A stretch of DNA of 64,000 nucleotides, taken from NCBI GenBank assembly GCA_963790585.1, contig CAWBOY010000004.1, forward strand, positions 108,423 to 172,422, read 5' to 3'. The stretch is from an uncultured Planctomycetaceae bacterium (GTDB taxonomy: Bacteria; Planctomycetota; Planctomycetia; Gemmatales; Gemmataceae). Shown in pieces: positions 9,941 to 20,107 of this stretch. The notes beneath the pieces were generated by a model. The model was not told the DNA's origin. It saw nothing but the letters and a program-made list of their open reading frames with translations, and did no database searches. How positions within the stretch are numbered: position 1 is the first letter of the stretch; the number at the start of each line of letters is the position of its first letter. The position numbers and the translations under genes were made by a program.

Positions 9941-9957
9941 ATTTTACAAAATGTGCG

Positions 9958-10285
9958 CTATTTCTTCGGCTCCAGAACCTTCGGCCCCTCCGTCTTATAT
10001 GCTCCGGTGCCGCCCTGATAGAACAAACCATGATACCATTGCAAGTTCACGCGCGACGGCAATAGAAAACCGCGGTAGTCCCAGCCCCAGGTGCCTTCGT
10101 ACCCCTGTTTCGGGCCGCCCAGTGGACCGGGGCTGCCGCCACCGATGTAGTAGCCGGTGTAATGGCCGGTATCCGTCGGCTTGGCGATCCGTGAAATCTC
10201 GGCATTGGCCGGACAGGGAGGATCGGCGCAGACCAATTGCCGATAGCGCCAAGCCCAGAAGCGCGAGGCGTGGCAGGGTTCTCAT
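9958..10285 (-). CDS. Possible small Gly/Tyr-rich secreted protein. A convincing signal peptide (MRTLPRLALLGLALSAIG, ORF 9995..10285) is out of frame with the body (ORF 9958..10236), so a frameshift is suspected.
   Basis: A signal-peptide ORF and a Gly-rich ORF overlap in different frames. Confidence 0.25.
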
Positions 10286-12720
10286 ACGATTCCCCCTTCG
10301 GGATTGCGGTTGTTCTTTTGATACGGCAGACGGACGCCGGCGTAGAAATACTGGTCGGCTTGTAAGTTTACCGGGGCTCCATATCCCGCCGCTCCCGCGA
10401 TCGTCACGACGTCGTCTTGATCGACGCCATCGCCGCTGACGCCGAAACCACCCACCATGCCGACTTGGGTATAAAGTGGCGAGCTACCTGGGAAAAAGAC
10501 GATGCCATTTTGATTCCGGGGATTATTGGGATCTCGGAAGTTTGTGCTGGGATGGAAGGCATCATACCCTTGGACACTTTGAAACGCGGATACAGGCAGC
10601 GGCGGGCCTACCTCTAATCCTGTAGTAGGATCCGTCCCGCCGTCATTCAAAATGGAGAATGGCCCCGGTGGTGCGCCATCAATTCCCTCGGGGAAGCGCG
10701 GCTCGGCCGCATACCGGAAGGTCCGGTTGGTGAAGGCGACTCCAGCCGGCACGCCTGGAACTTGATCGACCGGCTGTACGTCGGTCGAATCGTAGTAGGC
10801 GACGTTGCGCGACTTGGCCACGGCGACGTCGACCGAAAAAATCGTGGCATCGGGCATTCGATAGAGGCCCAGGAGATTGCCGTCCTTGTCCGAGACGGCG
10901 AAGACCATCTTGGTCGTGTTGTCGAGCGGCAAGCGGATGGCGGCCCGGGTCAGATTGGCCTGATCGATGCCATCGGTGATGATCTGTGTCACCTGAGCGG
11001 CGCTGATGCCGTCGCCCGCGTGCGGCGTTACCAGCCAACCGCTGGCATCGACCAATCCGTCGGAGTAGTAGGCCGTATTATTCGCGGCCACTTGAATCGC
11101 GCTCGCCGGAGCTGCTCCAGGCGCGATCGGCTCGGCGACGCCGTCGTAGGGATTGCCGGTCCCGAGCGTGGCCCCGAATTCGGCGAGATGTTGTGGCCCC
11201 TGCGTGCCGCCGGGACCAAAGATGTCCAGGGTAATACCTACAAGATCGATCCGCATAGTCGACGGCGTCAATGGCCCGGTCGAGATGCCCGCCACCGGAG
11301 CTACACCTGCCAAATTGCCAACGGGTAGACCGATGCCTGGCGCACCGCCCAGCGCGGCGAAGGCCATGTATTCCGCCTCCAGGGAGCGATCCCGTTTCGC
11401 CGGATTGTAGTCAGCGCTCAGGGCACTATTCTCCGCACTGGCGTAGCCTGTGGTGCCTGGGAAAAAGATACCGATACCGCCGACCTCAATGGGAGTATTG
11501 GTGTTCGGATCGTTCTTGTAGATTGGAGTGCCGCCCGGCAGCGTTCCGATGCCGCGGCCCTGCCCGGACGGATCGATACCGGACAGGAATCCATACGACT
11601 CCGGAGCGAACAGGAGGGGCTGGCCTCCAGGTATAAATTGCAGCGGCACGTTGAACCGGCTCGGCAGTTGATCCGCTGGATTTGTATCCTTATTTCCATT
11701 GGGACCATAGGGAACCAGGCTGTCGCGGTTTGTCTCCTCAATGTTGAATAGATCCACTTGCGGCGTGAAGCTGACTCCCGGTGGGAAGTGGCCGCCGATG
11801 CCGATCGGAGCCACGGTTCCTGGTCCGCGCAGGGGAGAATTGGGATCCATCACGTCCGGGCTCGAATCGACCTCGCGCTGCGTAATCGTCGATTGACTTA
11901 TGAATTGAATGGTTCGTGACGTCAGCGGCGCCTGATCGTTTCCAAAAAAAGCTCCGGTTCGCGCCTCGGCGAGAGCGCCGTCGATGGCGAAAGTCAACGC
12001 CTGTGGATTGCTGGTGATCGCCGTCGACACGCCGCTTTCGACGCGCACGCCAAGGACGCGGCCGTTGCGGTCCATGACGGCGATTATGGCATCGTTGCTC
12101 GCCGAGGCCGCCGCGGCGCGATCGATAATCTGTTGTACATCATCGGAAGTAAGTGTCGGCGGGGCAGCGCTCGCGGTCGGCGGGGGATTGGATGCGTAGG
12201 TAATTCGATCGCCCGCGTGTGACGAAACCTGGTCGCCTTGTTTGACCTCAAAGAAGTAATTGCGGCCGGTGCCTCCGATGAGAGTGTCCGTATCCAGGCC
12301 GGCGTAGATTTTGGCGTCGCCTGTCCCGCCAATGACTGCGCTTACACCGCCGCCGGCAATCAAGGTGCTGTAGCCACTTCCTGTTTCCTGAATGATCGCC
12401 GGAGCCGTCAGGCTATTGGCAATCCCAAGATAATCCTGGCCGACACCCGTTAAGATAATCTCATTTACCGATGCCGCATCGAATCGACCGATCTCTTGGC
12501 CGAAATCCTGGACCACCACCTGTGACTGTGCGCTATCCAGGTAAAGCCAAAGATGTTGCCGCGCGGTAGTTCCCGTTACCGAGAGGATGTTGTTGGTGAA
12601 GGACAGGATGGCCGTCGGCACGGTGCGGTCTTCGAGCCACTCTAATCGAGGCTTGGCCGAGCTTTCATTGCGGCTTCGAATCCCGCCAGATCCCCAAACC
12701 GAGCGCATCCTACGCATCAT
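10282..12720 (-). CDS. Large secreted protein with an N-terminal LEWLEDRTVPT motif, Gly-rich RTX-like repeats and two GlcG/DUF336 (heme-binding/degrading-like) domains.
   Basis: Two segments (DVQQIIDRAAAASASNDAIIAVMDRNGRVLGV... and AQVTQIITDGIDQANLTRAAIRLPLDNTTKMVFAVSDKDGNLLGLYRMPDATIFSVDVAVAKSRNVAYY) match the GlcG pattern. The GGxGxD-like repeats sit near the N-terminus. Confidence 0.6.
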   Translation of the reverse strand: MMRRMRSVWGSGGIRSRNESSAKPRLEWLEDRTVPTAILSFTNNILSVTGTTARQHLWLYLDSAQSQVVVQDFGQEIGRFDAASVNEIILTGVGQDYLGIANSLTAPAIIQETGSGYSTLIAGGGVSAVIGGTGDAKIYAGLDTDTLIGGTGRNYFFEVKQGDQVSSHAGDRITYASNPPPTASAAPPTLTSDDVQQIIDRAAAASASNDAIIAVMDRNGRVLGVRVESGVSTAITSNPQALTFAIDGALAEARTGAFFGNDQAPLTSRTIQFISQSTITQREVDSSPDVMDPNSPLRGPGTVAPIGIGGHFPPGVSFTPQVDLFNIEETNRDSLVPYGPNGNKDTNPADQLPSRFNVPLQFIPGGQPLLFAPESYGFLSGIDPSGQGRGIGTLPGGTPIYKNDPNTNTPIEVGGIGIFFPGTTGYASAENSALSADYNPAKRDRSLEAEYMAFAALGGAPGIGLPVGNLAGVAPVAGISTGPLTPSTMRIDLVGITLDIFGPGGTQGPQHLAEFGATLGTGNPYDGVAEPIAPGAAPASAIQVAANNTAYYSDGLVDASGWLVTPHAGDGISAAQVTQIITDGIDQANLTRAAIRLPLDNTTKMVFAVSDKDGNLLGLYRMPDATIFSVDVAVAKSRNVAYYDSTDVQPVDQVPGVPAGVAFTNRTFRYAAEPRFPEGIDGAPPGPFSILNDGGTDPTTGLEVGPPLPVSAFQSVQGYDAFHPSTNFRDPNNPRNQNGIVFFPGSSPLYTQVGMVGGFGVSGDGVDQDDVVTIAGAAGYGAPVNLQADQYFYAGVRLPYQKNNRNPEGGIV

Positions 12721-12953
12721 GGCGATTTCCTCTTGGGAACGGAATTCGCCGGAATTCCGCTAGCGTGGTCCAACTTCAGCAGTCCTCCTCTGAATTATCG
12801 GCAATCCGAACATTTTGCTGCGGCCAATCTCGTGACAATCGATCCAATCGGCAGATCCGGTAAAGATGACCCAGTTTCTCTTCCGATACTCCTTATTGGA
12901 TAGGTTCGATTGTTACCGGGATCTGCCGGTCGACACGGTCACTGGAGCCCAAT

Positions 12954-14837
12954 GTGGTGTCAGCCAAACGAGCATTCGGCCACGGTGCGCTGACGTTGAT
13001 CACGATTGGGATGCTCGCGCTTCGCGTGCTGGCGGATGGGCCACAGGCGGCAGAACAGCAAGCATCACCCAATGTGCCGCTCACGCCGCTGCAACGCCCA
13101 ATCGAGACTTTGCCGACGGAGCTACCGGCTCCCCGGACATTTGCAGGTCCAGTCCTGACAGTTCCCTGGGAAGCGCCCAATGGCTTCGCAGGTCCTTCAA
13201 GCGTCATACCGACCGAACAACCGGATGGGGGGGAAGGCTTTGTGCCCGTCGCCGATCGCTGGCGCATTGGTTTCAGCGAATATGATCGATATGACAAGGG
13301 CCATCCGCCGGCGTTTGATTATCCCTTTCAGCGCGGCAGTTTTTGGGATCCGTTTAACCAAAATGTTCTCAAAGGCGATTACCCGATCATCGGGCAACAT
13401 ACGTTTCTCGACATTACCGGCATCATGGATACTACTTTCGAGTTTCGCCAGCGGCCGACAGCGACGACGCCATTCGAGAGCACGGCGAATCCGCAACAGA
13501 CCGATTTCTTCGGCAAGCCGAATCAGTTCTCCTACCAGCAGTTATATAGTTTGTCGTTCGACCTGTTTCATGGTGATGCTGGGTTCAAACCGGCGGATTG
13601 GCGCGTCAAGGTGACGCCGGTGTTCAATATTAATTATTTGGCCGCCGAGGAGTTGGCTGTCGTGAACCCCGACGCGCGGGCCGGAACGACGCGCGGGCGC
13701 ACCTGGGGGACCCTGGAAGAATGGTTTGTCGAAAAAAAGATAGCGGACCTCAGTCCCAACTATGATTTTGTATCGCTGCGCGTCGGCTCCCAGCCCTTTA
13801 CCAGCGATTTCCGCGGCTTCATCTTTAGCGACGTCAATCGCGGCGCCCGCATTTTCGGAACCCTGGATGCCAACCGCGATCAGTTCAACTTGGTCTATTT
13901 CAATCAACAGGAAAAGGACACCAATAGCGACCTGAATACCTTTGATTCACGCGGGCAGCAAATTTTTATTGCGAACTACTATCATCAAGACTTTATTTGG
14001 CCGGGCTACACAATCGAGGGTAGCGTTCATTACAACCACGATGACCCCTCATTTCACTTCGATAAAAATAATTTTCTGGTGCGGCCCGATCCTGTAGGCG
14101 TCTTTCAGCCGCACCAACTCGACGTAGTTTACCTTGGCATGGCGGGCGACGGCCACATTGGCCGGATCAACATCAATAATTCCTTCTATTGGGCTTTGGG
14201 TCACGACAGCCTCAACCCGCTTGCGAACCGAGCCGAGGACATCAGCGCTCAGATGGCGACCCTGGAACTTTCTTACGACCGCGATTGGATGCGCTTTCGC
14301 ACGTCGTTCCTGTATGCTTCCGGCGATGGCAACATCAATAATGGCCACGCCACCGGCTTTGATAGCATTCAGGACAATCCAAATTTCGCCGGTGGCGAGT
14401 TCAGTTACTTCCAGCGCCAGGCCATTCCACTTTTCGGCGTCAATCTCGTCAATGCCTTCAGCCTCCTGCCGGATTTGTGCTCGAGCAAGACTCAGGGGCA
14501 AAGCAATTTCGTCAATCCGGGATTGTTTCTTCTCAACTTTGGTGTGGACATGGATGTCACGCCACGGCTCAAGCTCGTGAACAATCTGAACTTTTTGTGG
14601 TTCGATAAGACGGCGGTGTTGGAGCAATTCCTCTATCAAGGTCGCATCGATCAGTTTATAGGTGCCGATCTCAGTACCGGCGTCGTTTATCGCCCATTAC
14701 TGAGTAACAACATCATCATTACGGCTGGGGCCGCGACGCTCCTGCCGGGTCAAGGGTTCAAGGATCTTTACAACGGTTTGGGCTCGGATGTCAAACCGTT
14801 GGTATCCGCTTTCGTGCAACTAACCTTGACGTATTGA
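12954..14837 (+). CDS. Secreted hypothetical protein, possibly an outer-membrane beta-barrel (C-terminal ...LTLTY).
   Basis: It has a signal peptide (MVSAKRAFGHGALTLITIGMLALRVLA). It is aromatic-rich and ends in Tyr. Confidence 0.45.
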   Translation: MVSAKRAFGHGALTLITIGMLALRVLADGPQAAEQQASPNVPLTPLQRPIETLPTELPAPRTFAGPVLTVPWEAPNGFAGPSSVIPTEQPDGGEGFVPVADRWRIGFSEYDRYDKGHPPAFDYPFQRGSFWDPFNQNVLKGDYPIIGQHTFLDITGIMDTTFEFRQRPTATTPFESTANPQQTDFFGKPNQFSYQQLYSLSFDLFHGDAGFKPADWRVKVTPVFNINYLAAEELAVVNPDARAGTTRGRTWGTLEEWFVEKKIADLSPNYDFVSLRVGSQPFTSDFRGFIFSDVNRGARIFGTLDANRDQFNLVYFNQQEKDTNSDLNTFDSRGQQIFIANYYHQDFIWPGYTIEGSVHYNHDDPSFHFDKNNFLVRPDPVGVFQPHQLDVVYLGMAGDGHIGRININNSFYWALGHDSLNPLANRAEDISAQMATLELSYDRDWMRFRTSFLYASGDGNINNGHATGFDSIQDNPNFAGGEFSYFQRQAIPLFGVNLVNAFSLLPDLCSSKTQGQSNFVNPGLFLLNFGVDMDVTPRLKLVNNLNFLWFDKTAVLEQFLYQGRIDQFIGADLSTGVVYRPLLSNNIIITAGAATLLPGQGFKDLYNGLGSDVKPLVSAFVQLTLTY

Positions 14838-14898
14838 GAATCGCATCGCCAATCCGCCTATTGGTGGAGATACTCCCATACCGGAGGCGACCTCGCTC

Positions 14899-15531
14899 AT
14901 GGCTCGAAGTAATCTCGGAGACGACCGCGCGACTTGGCTTTACTCCAGCGCCGCTTGTATCGCCCTTTTAGCCTGCTTCGCCCTTATTGCCTGCGTCACC
15001 GAGTCGATTGCGTATGGTCAACACGCCAGGCCGAATGGCGATCCCGCGCTTCCGCCGCCGTTTCCTATCCCTCCTGAATTAGCCAACGTCAACTTGCTGA
15101 AGCAGACGAGCGAGGAAGCGCAGGTCAAGAGCGTGGGATGTATCAATTGCCACAAGGATTCGTGCGACCCGCATTTCAAAGCGACCTTGCGGATTGGCTG
15201 CGTCGACTGCCACGGCGGCGATCCGAGCAGTGATTCCAAAGAGCGGGCACATATTGCGCCGCGCTTTCCGGAGGCGTGGCCCAGCTCGGCCAAGCCAGTC
15301 CGCTCGTACACTTTGCTCAATCATGAATCTCCGGATTTTGTACGGTTCGTCAACCCTGGTGATCTGCGTGTCGCCCATATTAGCTGCGGCACCATGGGAT
15401 GTCACACCCAGGAGGTTTCGCGCGTCCGCAAGAGCATGATGACACACGGCTGTATGTTGTGGGCGCGGCCCTTTATAACAATGGCTCGGTGCCCAATAAG
15501 CATCCGGCCTACGGTGAAAGTTACTCTATGA
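14899..15531 (+). CDS. N-terminal segment of a multiheme cytochrome c (three CXXCH motifs). It continues in 15399..17900 after a frameshift near 15440.
   Basis: It has an N-terminal TM/signal segment. Heme-binding motifs CINCH, CVDCH and C..CH are present. ...RKSMMTHG joins ...[21 protein letters not shown] in another frame. Confidence 0.65.
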   Translation: MARSNLGDDRATWLYSSAACIALLACFALIACVTESIAYGQHARPNGDPALPPPFPIPPELANVNLLKQTSEEAQVKSVGCINCHKDSCDPHFKATLRIGCVDCHGGDPSSDSKERAHIAPRFPEAWPSSAKPVRSYTLLNHESPDFVRFVNPGDLRVAHISCGTMGCHTQEVSRVRKSMMTHGCMLWARPFITMARCPISIRPTVKVTL

Positions 15532-17900
15532 ACGGCACGCCTCTACGCGTGCTGACCGTGCCGGCGCCGACCGAAGATGAGCGACGAACGAAGGGCGTTT
15601 TGGCTTCGATCGATCCATTGCCGCGTTACGAGATCTCGCAACCAGGCAATGTCTTGCGTATTTTCGAGCCGGGCGGACGTTTCCGCACGGAGACGGGCAT
15701 CCCCGACCGGCTCGAAGATCCAGGACGACCCTTTCTCACGCGTCTCAGCGTCCGCGGGCTGGGCACCCAGAATCGCACCGACCCGGTCTTCATCGGCCTG
15801 CAGAAGACGCGCTTGCTCGATCCGACGTTGAATTTCATGGGTACCAACGACCACGCCGGTGACTATCGCTCCAGTGGATGTACAGCGTGCCATGTGGTCT
15901 ATGCCAACGACCGTTCGCGCGTTCATTCCGGGCCCTATGCTCGCTACGGCAATCAGGGCACCAGCAGCTCTAGCGATCCGACCATTCCCAAAAACGAGTC
16001 GGGCCATCCGATTCAACACCGTTTCGCGCCGGGCAATAGCATACCAACCAGCCAATGTATCGTCTGCCACATCCATCCGGGTACGAACGTGATGAACAGC
16101 TTCGTCGGCTTCCAGTGGTGGGATGAAGAGACGGATGGAGAATTGATCTACCCGGCCAAGCAGAAGTATCCGACGGCTGAGGAGTTCGTGCGCGCTCAGA
16201 TGTCGAATCCCAATGAGTCCTCGGCGCGCAACAATCTATCCGACCCGGAGTTTTTGGAACACCTTGCAGACCTGAATCCTCAGGCGAAACATACGCAGTT
16301 TGCCGATTTTCACGGCCATGGCTGGGCCTTCCGAGCTGTCTTCCGCCAGGATCGCAAGGGAAATCTGCTCGATCACTCGGGCAATATCGTGCCCAATCCC
16401 GGCACCAAGGAATTGAACGAAGCGATGCGATTTCAGCAACAGGCCCCCAAGGAGCGCGTTCATAAGGACGGGGTGCCTGTCCACATGATGGATATCCACA
16501 TGGAAAAGGGCATGCACTGCATCGATTGCCACTTCACGCAGGACATGCACGGCAACACGCGGCTCCAGGGCGAGGTGCGGGCGGCGATAGAAATTCAGTG
16601 TGTCGACTGCCACGGATCGGCCACTAGTAGACCCGACCTCAGAACATCCGGGCCCGCGGCCTACACCTCCAGCCCCGAGGGAGGCCGCAATATCGCAGCG
16701 ATGCGCACGCCTTCGGGCCGGCCACGCTTCGAGCATGAGGGGACCAAGATCTTTCAGAATTCGATGGTGGAAAAGGACCTGCGTTGGGAGGTCCCGCAGG
16801 TTGTCGATGTAATTACGCCGGGGAATGCGCGTTTCAACGAGAAAGCCTATTTGGCCAAGACCGTCCGGGTGGCCGCTGATGGCAAGATGGTATTTGGTGC
16901 GATGTCCAAGGACGACGAATGTAAGCAAGCTCATAACAATAAAAACATGAGCTGTATCGCCTGTCATTCCTCCTGGAACCCGAGTTGCTATGGCTGCCAT
17001 CTACCACAGAAGGCCAATTTCAAGATGCCGCAGTTACACAACGAGGGCGACGTCACGCGGAATATCACTTCGTACAACTTCCAGACTCTGCGTGAAGATG
17101 TCTACATGCTCGGCCGCGACGGCGACGTGACCGGCAATCGCATTGGCCCCGCTCGCTCGTCCTGTGCGATCCATGTCGGCTCGTACAACGGCAATCGCGA
17201 ATCGATCTACTTCCAGCAGCAAACGATCTCCGGCGAAGGTCTGAGCGGCATCGCCTTTAGCACGAACGTGCCGCACACCGTCCGCGGTAAGGATGGCACC
17301 AAGCAATGTACCGATTGCCATATCTCCAAGGAGAATGATAACAACGCCATCATGGCTCAGCTGTTGATGCAGGGTACCAATTACCTCAATTTCATGGGCC
17401 GATACTGTTGGGTCGCCGCCGGCGAGCACGGCCTCAATGCCGTCGAAGTTACGGAGCGTGATGAGCCACAGGCGGTCATCGGTAGCCGGCTGCATCAGCT
17501 GGCCTTTCCCGATTTCTTTCGGAAACACGTCGAGCATGATCGTCAACTATTGAATGCTCATGAGCATCCTGGCATGGATGTGAGCGACCAAATCTTGAAG
17601 CCGGGTCTAAAGATCGAGGTGTTAGGGGTACAGAATCGCGGCGAGTATCTCTATGCGGCGTGTGGCGTGGGCGGCATACGTATATTTGACATCTCTTTTC
17701 TGGATCACAAGGGCTTTTCCGAGCGTGTCTTTTCCGCGCCTGTATCTCCCTTGGGTCAGCGCTTTCTATGTGCCGACGCGCTACTGCACCGCTGTCGCCG
17801 CGCCGACGACGTCGGCCCCCGATCCGACGCGAACACATCGGCCGGAGAACAACGAACAAAAAATCCCAGCGATGTATGGGAACATCTATGCGACGGATAA
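15399..17900 (+). CDS. Multiheme cytochrome c body with at least eight more CXXCH motifs. Its C-terminal end enters LVIVD repeats.
   Basis: Heme-binding motifs are CTACH, CIVCH, CIDCH, CVDCH, CIACH, CYGCH and CTDCH. ...[18 protein letters not shown] is the first LVIVD repeat, in the same frame. Confidence 0.75.
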   Translation: MSHPGGFARPQEHDDTRLYVVGAALYNNGSVPNKHPAYGESYSMNGTPLRVLTVPAPTEDERRTKGVLASIDPLPRYEISQPGNVLRIFEPGGRFRTETGIPDRLEDPGRPFLTRLSVRGLGTQNRTDPVFIGLQKTRLLDPTLNFMGTNDHAGDYRSSGCTACHVVYANDRSRVHSGPYARYGNQGTSSSSDPTIPKNESGHPIQHRFAPGNSIPTSQCIVCHIHPGTNVMNSFVGFQWWDEETDGELIYPAKQKYPTAEEFVRAQMSNPNESSARNNLSDPEFLEHLADLNPQAKHTQFADFHGHGWAFRAVFRQDRKGNLLDHSGNIVPNPGTKELNEAMRFQQQAPKERVHKDGVPVHMMDIHMEKGMHCIDCHFTQDMHGNTRLQGEVRAAIEIQCVDCHGSATSRPDLRTSGPAAYTSSPEGGRNIAAMRTPSGRPRFEHEGTKIFQNSMVEKDLRWEVPQVVDVITPGNARFNEKAYLAKTVRVAADGKMVFGAMSKDDECKQAHNNKNMSCIACHSSWNPSCYGCHLPQKANFKMPQLHNEGDVTRNITSYNFQTLREDVYMLGRDGDVTGNRIGPARSSCAIHVGSYNGNRESIYFQQQTISGEGLSGIAFSTNVPHTVRGKDGTKQCTDCHISKENDNNAIMAQLLMQGTNYLNFMGRYCWVAAGEHGLNAVEVTERDEPQAVIGSRLHQLAFPDFFRKHVEHDRQLLNAHEHPGMDVSDQILKPGLKIEVLGVQNRGEYLYAACGVGGIRIFDISFLDHKGFSERVFSAPVSPLGQRFLCADALLHRCRRADDVGPRSDANTSAGEQRTKNPSDVWEHLCDG

Positions 17901-18768
17901 ATACGAAGGGCTAATCATAGTCGGCGTCGCTACTTTGCTTGACGGCGACCCACAGAATAATTTCCTCAAACGCGATCTGACCTACAACCCCAATGGCCTC
18001 TTATGTGGGGCCAAGAGCATCACCATTGTCGGCACCTACGCCTATATTTGTTGTGACGCCGGCCTCGTCGTCGTGTCGATCGACGATCCGAAGAAGCCGC
18101 AGATCAAGTGCGTGTTGGGAGCGCCGTTTTTGACCAAGCCTCATGCGGCGCAGGTCCAGTTCCGTTATGCTTATATTTGTGATGAGGAGGGGGTCAAAGT
18201 TCTTGATGTCACCGATCTTACTCAGCCAAAGCCGGTCGGCCGTTTGGCGTTGCCGACGGCGCATAACATCTATCTCGCTCGGACCTATGCCTATGTCTCC
18301 GGCGGGGCCAATGGGATTGTGATTTTGAATATCGAAAAGCCGGAGGCACCCTATATCGATCAGGTGTTCAACGCGGGCGGCTGCCTCAATGACGTTCACG
18401 ATGTCAAGCTGGCGATCACGTATGTCAGCGAATTCGCGTATGTCGCCGATGGCAAAAATGGCATGCGCATCGTGCAGCTAACCTCGCCGGAAACGCCGGG
18501 CAATTATGGCTTCGCGCCGAGGCCGACGCCGGAGCTGATTGCTACTTACAAGCTGCCCGAAGGCGGCAAAGCGTTGGCTATCACCAAGGCACTCGACCGC
18601 GACCGAGCGGTCGACGAGAGCGGCCAACAGATCGGCGTCTTCGGACGCATCGGCGCTCGGCCTTTGAATCTGGCGGAGCAACACAAGATGTATCTCCGCA
18701 ACGGCGAAGTCTGGCGCGTGAGCGACGATCCGAAGGATCCGGTGTATACGCGGCTGGAGAAGAAGTGA
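17653..18768 (+). CDS. LVIVD-repeat beta-propeller domain. It is probably the C-terminal part of the same cytochrome gene after a second frameshift near 17720-17790.
   Basis: The repeats [55 protein letters not shown] and [19 protein letters not shown] are LVIVD-type. Confidence 0.65.
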   Translation: MRRVAWAAYVYLTSLFWITRAFPSVSFPRLYLPWVSAFYVPTRYCTAVAAPTTSAPDPTRTHRPENNEQKIPAMYGNIYATDKYEGLIIVGVATLLDGDPQNNFLKRDLTYNPNGLLCGAKSITIVGTYAYICCDAGLVVVSIDDPKKPQIKCVLGAPFLTKPHAAQVQFRYAYICDEEGVKVLDVTDLTQPKPVGRLALPTAHNIYLARTYAYVSGGANGIVILNIEKPEAPYIDQVFNAGGCLNDVHDVKLAITYVSEFAYVADGKNGMRIVQLTSPETPGNYGFAPRPTPELIATYKLPEGGKALAITKALDRDRAVDESGQQIGVFGRIGARPLNLAEQHKMYLRNGEVWRVSDDPKDPVYTRLEKK

Positions 18769-18788
18769 CCCACCGGCGGTCGAGGCGG

Positions 18789-19253
18789 CTACTCTCCGGC
18801 CAGGCGTCGTTTCCTGCGGCCATAGAGTTCGACGGCTTCCGCTTGTTCGGGGGTTTCGACCGAGCCGGGGCGGAGCCGTCGGACGCGCGCGATGGCGTTG
18901 GTTGCGGTCATTCCTTTGGCGACGAAATAGGCAGCGAGCACGGCGCCGGTGCGGCCCAGGCCCGCGCCGCAATGGACGGCCACGCCCATGTTGCGGCTCG
19001 TCGCCTTCAATATCGCGGAGACGCAGCGATCGAGCTGATCCTGCGTCGGCGGCTCCATATCTTCCAAGGGTTCGTGAAAGACCAAAAGATTGGCATCATC
19101 GACGAGGTTGCCGCGCGGTCGATCCTCGGTCAGCGTGACGAGCAGCTCAATTCCCTGCTCGCGCAGCCACTGAAATTCCTCGGGTTCCGTCGGCCGGGCC
19201 AAGGCCGCGAGCAGCGGTTTTTCAATCCAGGAAAACCCAGTCGGTTCGCCCAT
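18789..19253 (-). CDS. Cys-based protein phosphatase (dual-specificity/tyrosine phosphatase fold).
   Basis: It has the catalytic P-loop VHCGAGLGRTG (HCxxGxxRT). The probable start is MGEPTGF. Confidence 0.7.
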   Translation of the reverse strand: MGEPTGFSWIEKPLLAALARPTEPEEFQWLREQGIELLVTLTEDRPRGNLVDDANLLVFHEPLEDMEPPTQDQLDRCVSAILKATSRNMGVAVHCGAGLGRTGAVLAAYFVAKGMTATNAIARVRRLRPGSVETPEQAEAVELYGRRKRRLAGE

Positions 19254-19299
19254 TGCACGACCTCGTGAGGCCAAACGCCTTGCCCAGATACGCTCTCTG

Positions 19300-19809
19300 T
19301 TATCGTAGCGGTTTTTGGCCGAAGCGCGCACGCATCTGATTAGCCTGTTCCCAAACTTTGTCGTCGCTTTGCAAAAAATCGATGAGATTGCCGGTCGAAA
19401 TGCCCAGAGCCGCCGCCGTCTCGCCGACTCGACCTAATAGCGCTTCGAGAACGTCGAGAACCAGCCCCACCGCCGGCCAATAGCGCGGGTCCTTGCGGCC
19501 GAGGTTCACCCGTCCTTCCCCATCTCGCGCCTCGGCCCAATCGGAGCGCGTCACGAGTCGATCCAGCGTGATTTCCGCCAAATCTAGCTCGTCGCGCAGT
19601 TTCAGGAAGAAAGCCTGGCGCATGCGCTTGAGGGCCTTGGCCCGATTCTCATGCTGCGATCGGCTTTCCTCGGCGATGACGATCAAGCCGGTCGGCGGAT
19701 GCCGCAGGCGAACAGCGGAGCTGGTCTTGTTGCGCTTCTGACCGCCGGGGCCGCTGGCGCGATAGGTGTCTACCTCACACTGGGCCAGGAGCTGCGGTTC
19801 GGTCAGCAT
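19300..19809 (-). CDS. arfB: Class I release-factor-family GGQ protein, ArfB/YaeJ-like peptidyl-tRNA hydrolase.
   Basis: The GGQ motif is [16 protein letters not shown], followed by a basic C-terminal tail. Homology starts at MLTEPQLL. The ORF upstream of that is a translated conserved element. Confidence 0.6.
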   Translation of the reverse strand: MLTEPQLLAQCEVDTYRASGPGGQKRNKTSSAVRLRHPPTGLIVIAEESRSQHENRAKALKRMRQAFFLKLRDELDLAEITLDRLVTRSDWAEARDGEGRVNLGRKDPRYWPAVGLVLDVLEALLGRVGETAAALGISTGNLIDFLQSDDKVWEQANQMRARFGQKPLR

Positions 19810-19859
19810 AGACCAGGTTGCACGGCGCGGTGAAGACATGAGAAGGACACCCGGTTTGC

Positions 19860-19965
19860 GGGAACTGCTGTTAGGCGACTCAAGCTTAGTTTGGCCGTTT
19901 CCGAAGGGATTCGGGTGGACAGATTGTGGGAGTTCTGTGTGCGCGCGCAATGCAATCCATTTAGG
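19860..19965 (-). other. Conserved element of about 100 bp in the 5' leader of the arfB-like gene. It has a paralogous copy at 29140-29245 and contains a hairpin CCGAA-NNNN-TTCGG with a variable loop.
   Basis: Aligning the two copies shows about 80% identity. The consensus is AGTTTGGCnTTTCCGAAnGGnTTCGGGTGGAnAG...GTTCTGTGTG...CGCGCAATGCAAT. Confidence 0.4.
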
Positions 19966-20070
19966 TCGTGGCCGGGGTCGGTACTCCGACCCCGGTTCTC
20001 TGAAATCGTAGGCGCTAAACCGGGGTCGGAGTACCGACCCCGGCCACGACCGGTACTCCGCCCCCAGCCA
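19960..20070. repeat. Palindromic repeat, family B. Two opposed 10-bp-stem hairpins (CCGGGGTCGG-TACT-CCGACCCCGG) are flanked by GTGGC/GCCAC. A second copy lies at 42243-42335.
   Basis: There are perfect inverted repeats. The identical hairpin units recur at 42 kb with a different spacer. Confidence 0.7.
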
Positions 20071-20107
20071 CGGCTTGCGGCTTATTGAACGAACTTCGGA
20101 TTCAGGC

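Noticed and set aside
12740-12790. Double EcoRI-like palindrome GGAATTCGCCGGAATTCC as an operator.
   Set aside because: It is imperfect and occurs once only. There is not enough evidence beyond coincidence.
19810-19950. N-terminal extension of the arfB-like ORF ([17 protein letters not shown]...).
   Set aside because: Homology to ArfB starts at the internal Met. The extension coincides with the conserved nucleotide element and is more likely a non-coding leader.
19860-19965. A sigma-54 promoter within the conserved leader element (TGGATTGCATTGC).
   Set aside because: The GG-to-GC spacing is 8 nt rather than 10, and the second copy lacks the TGG.
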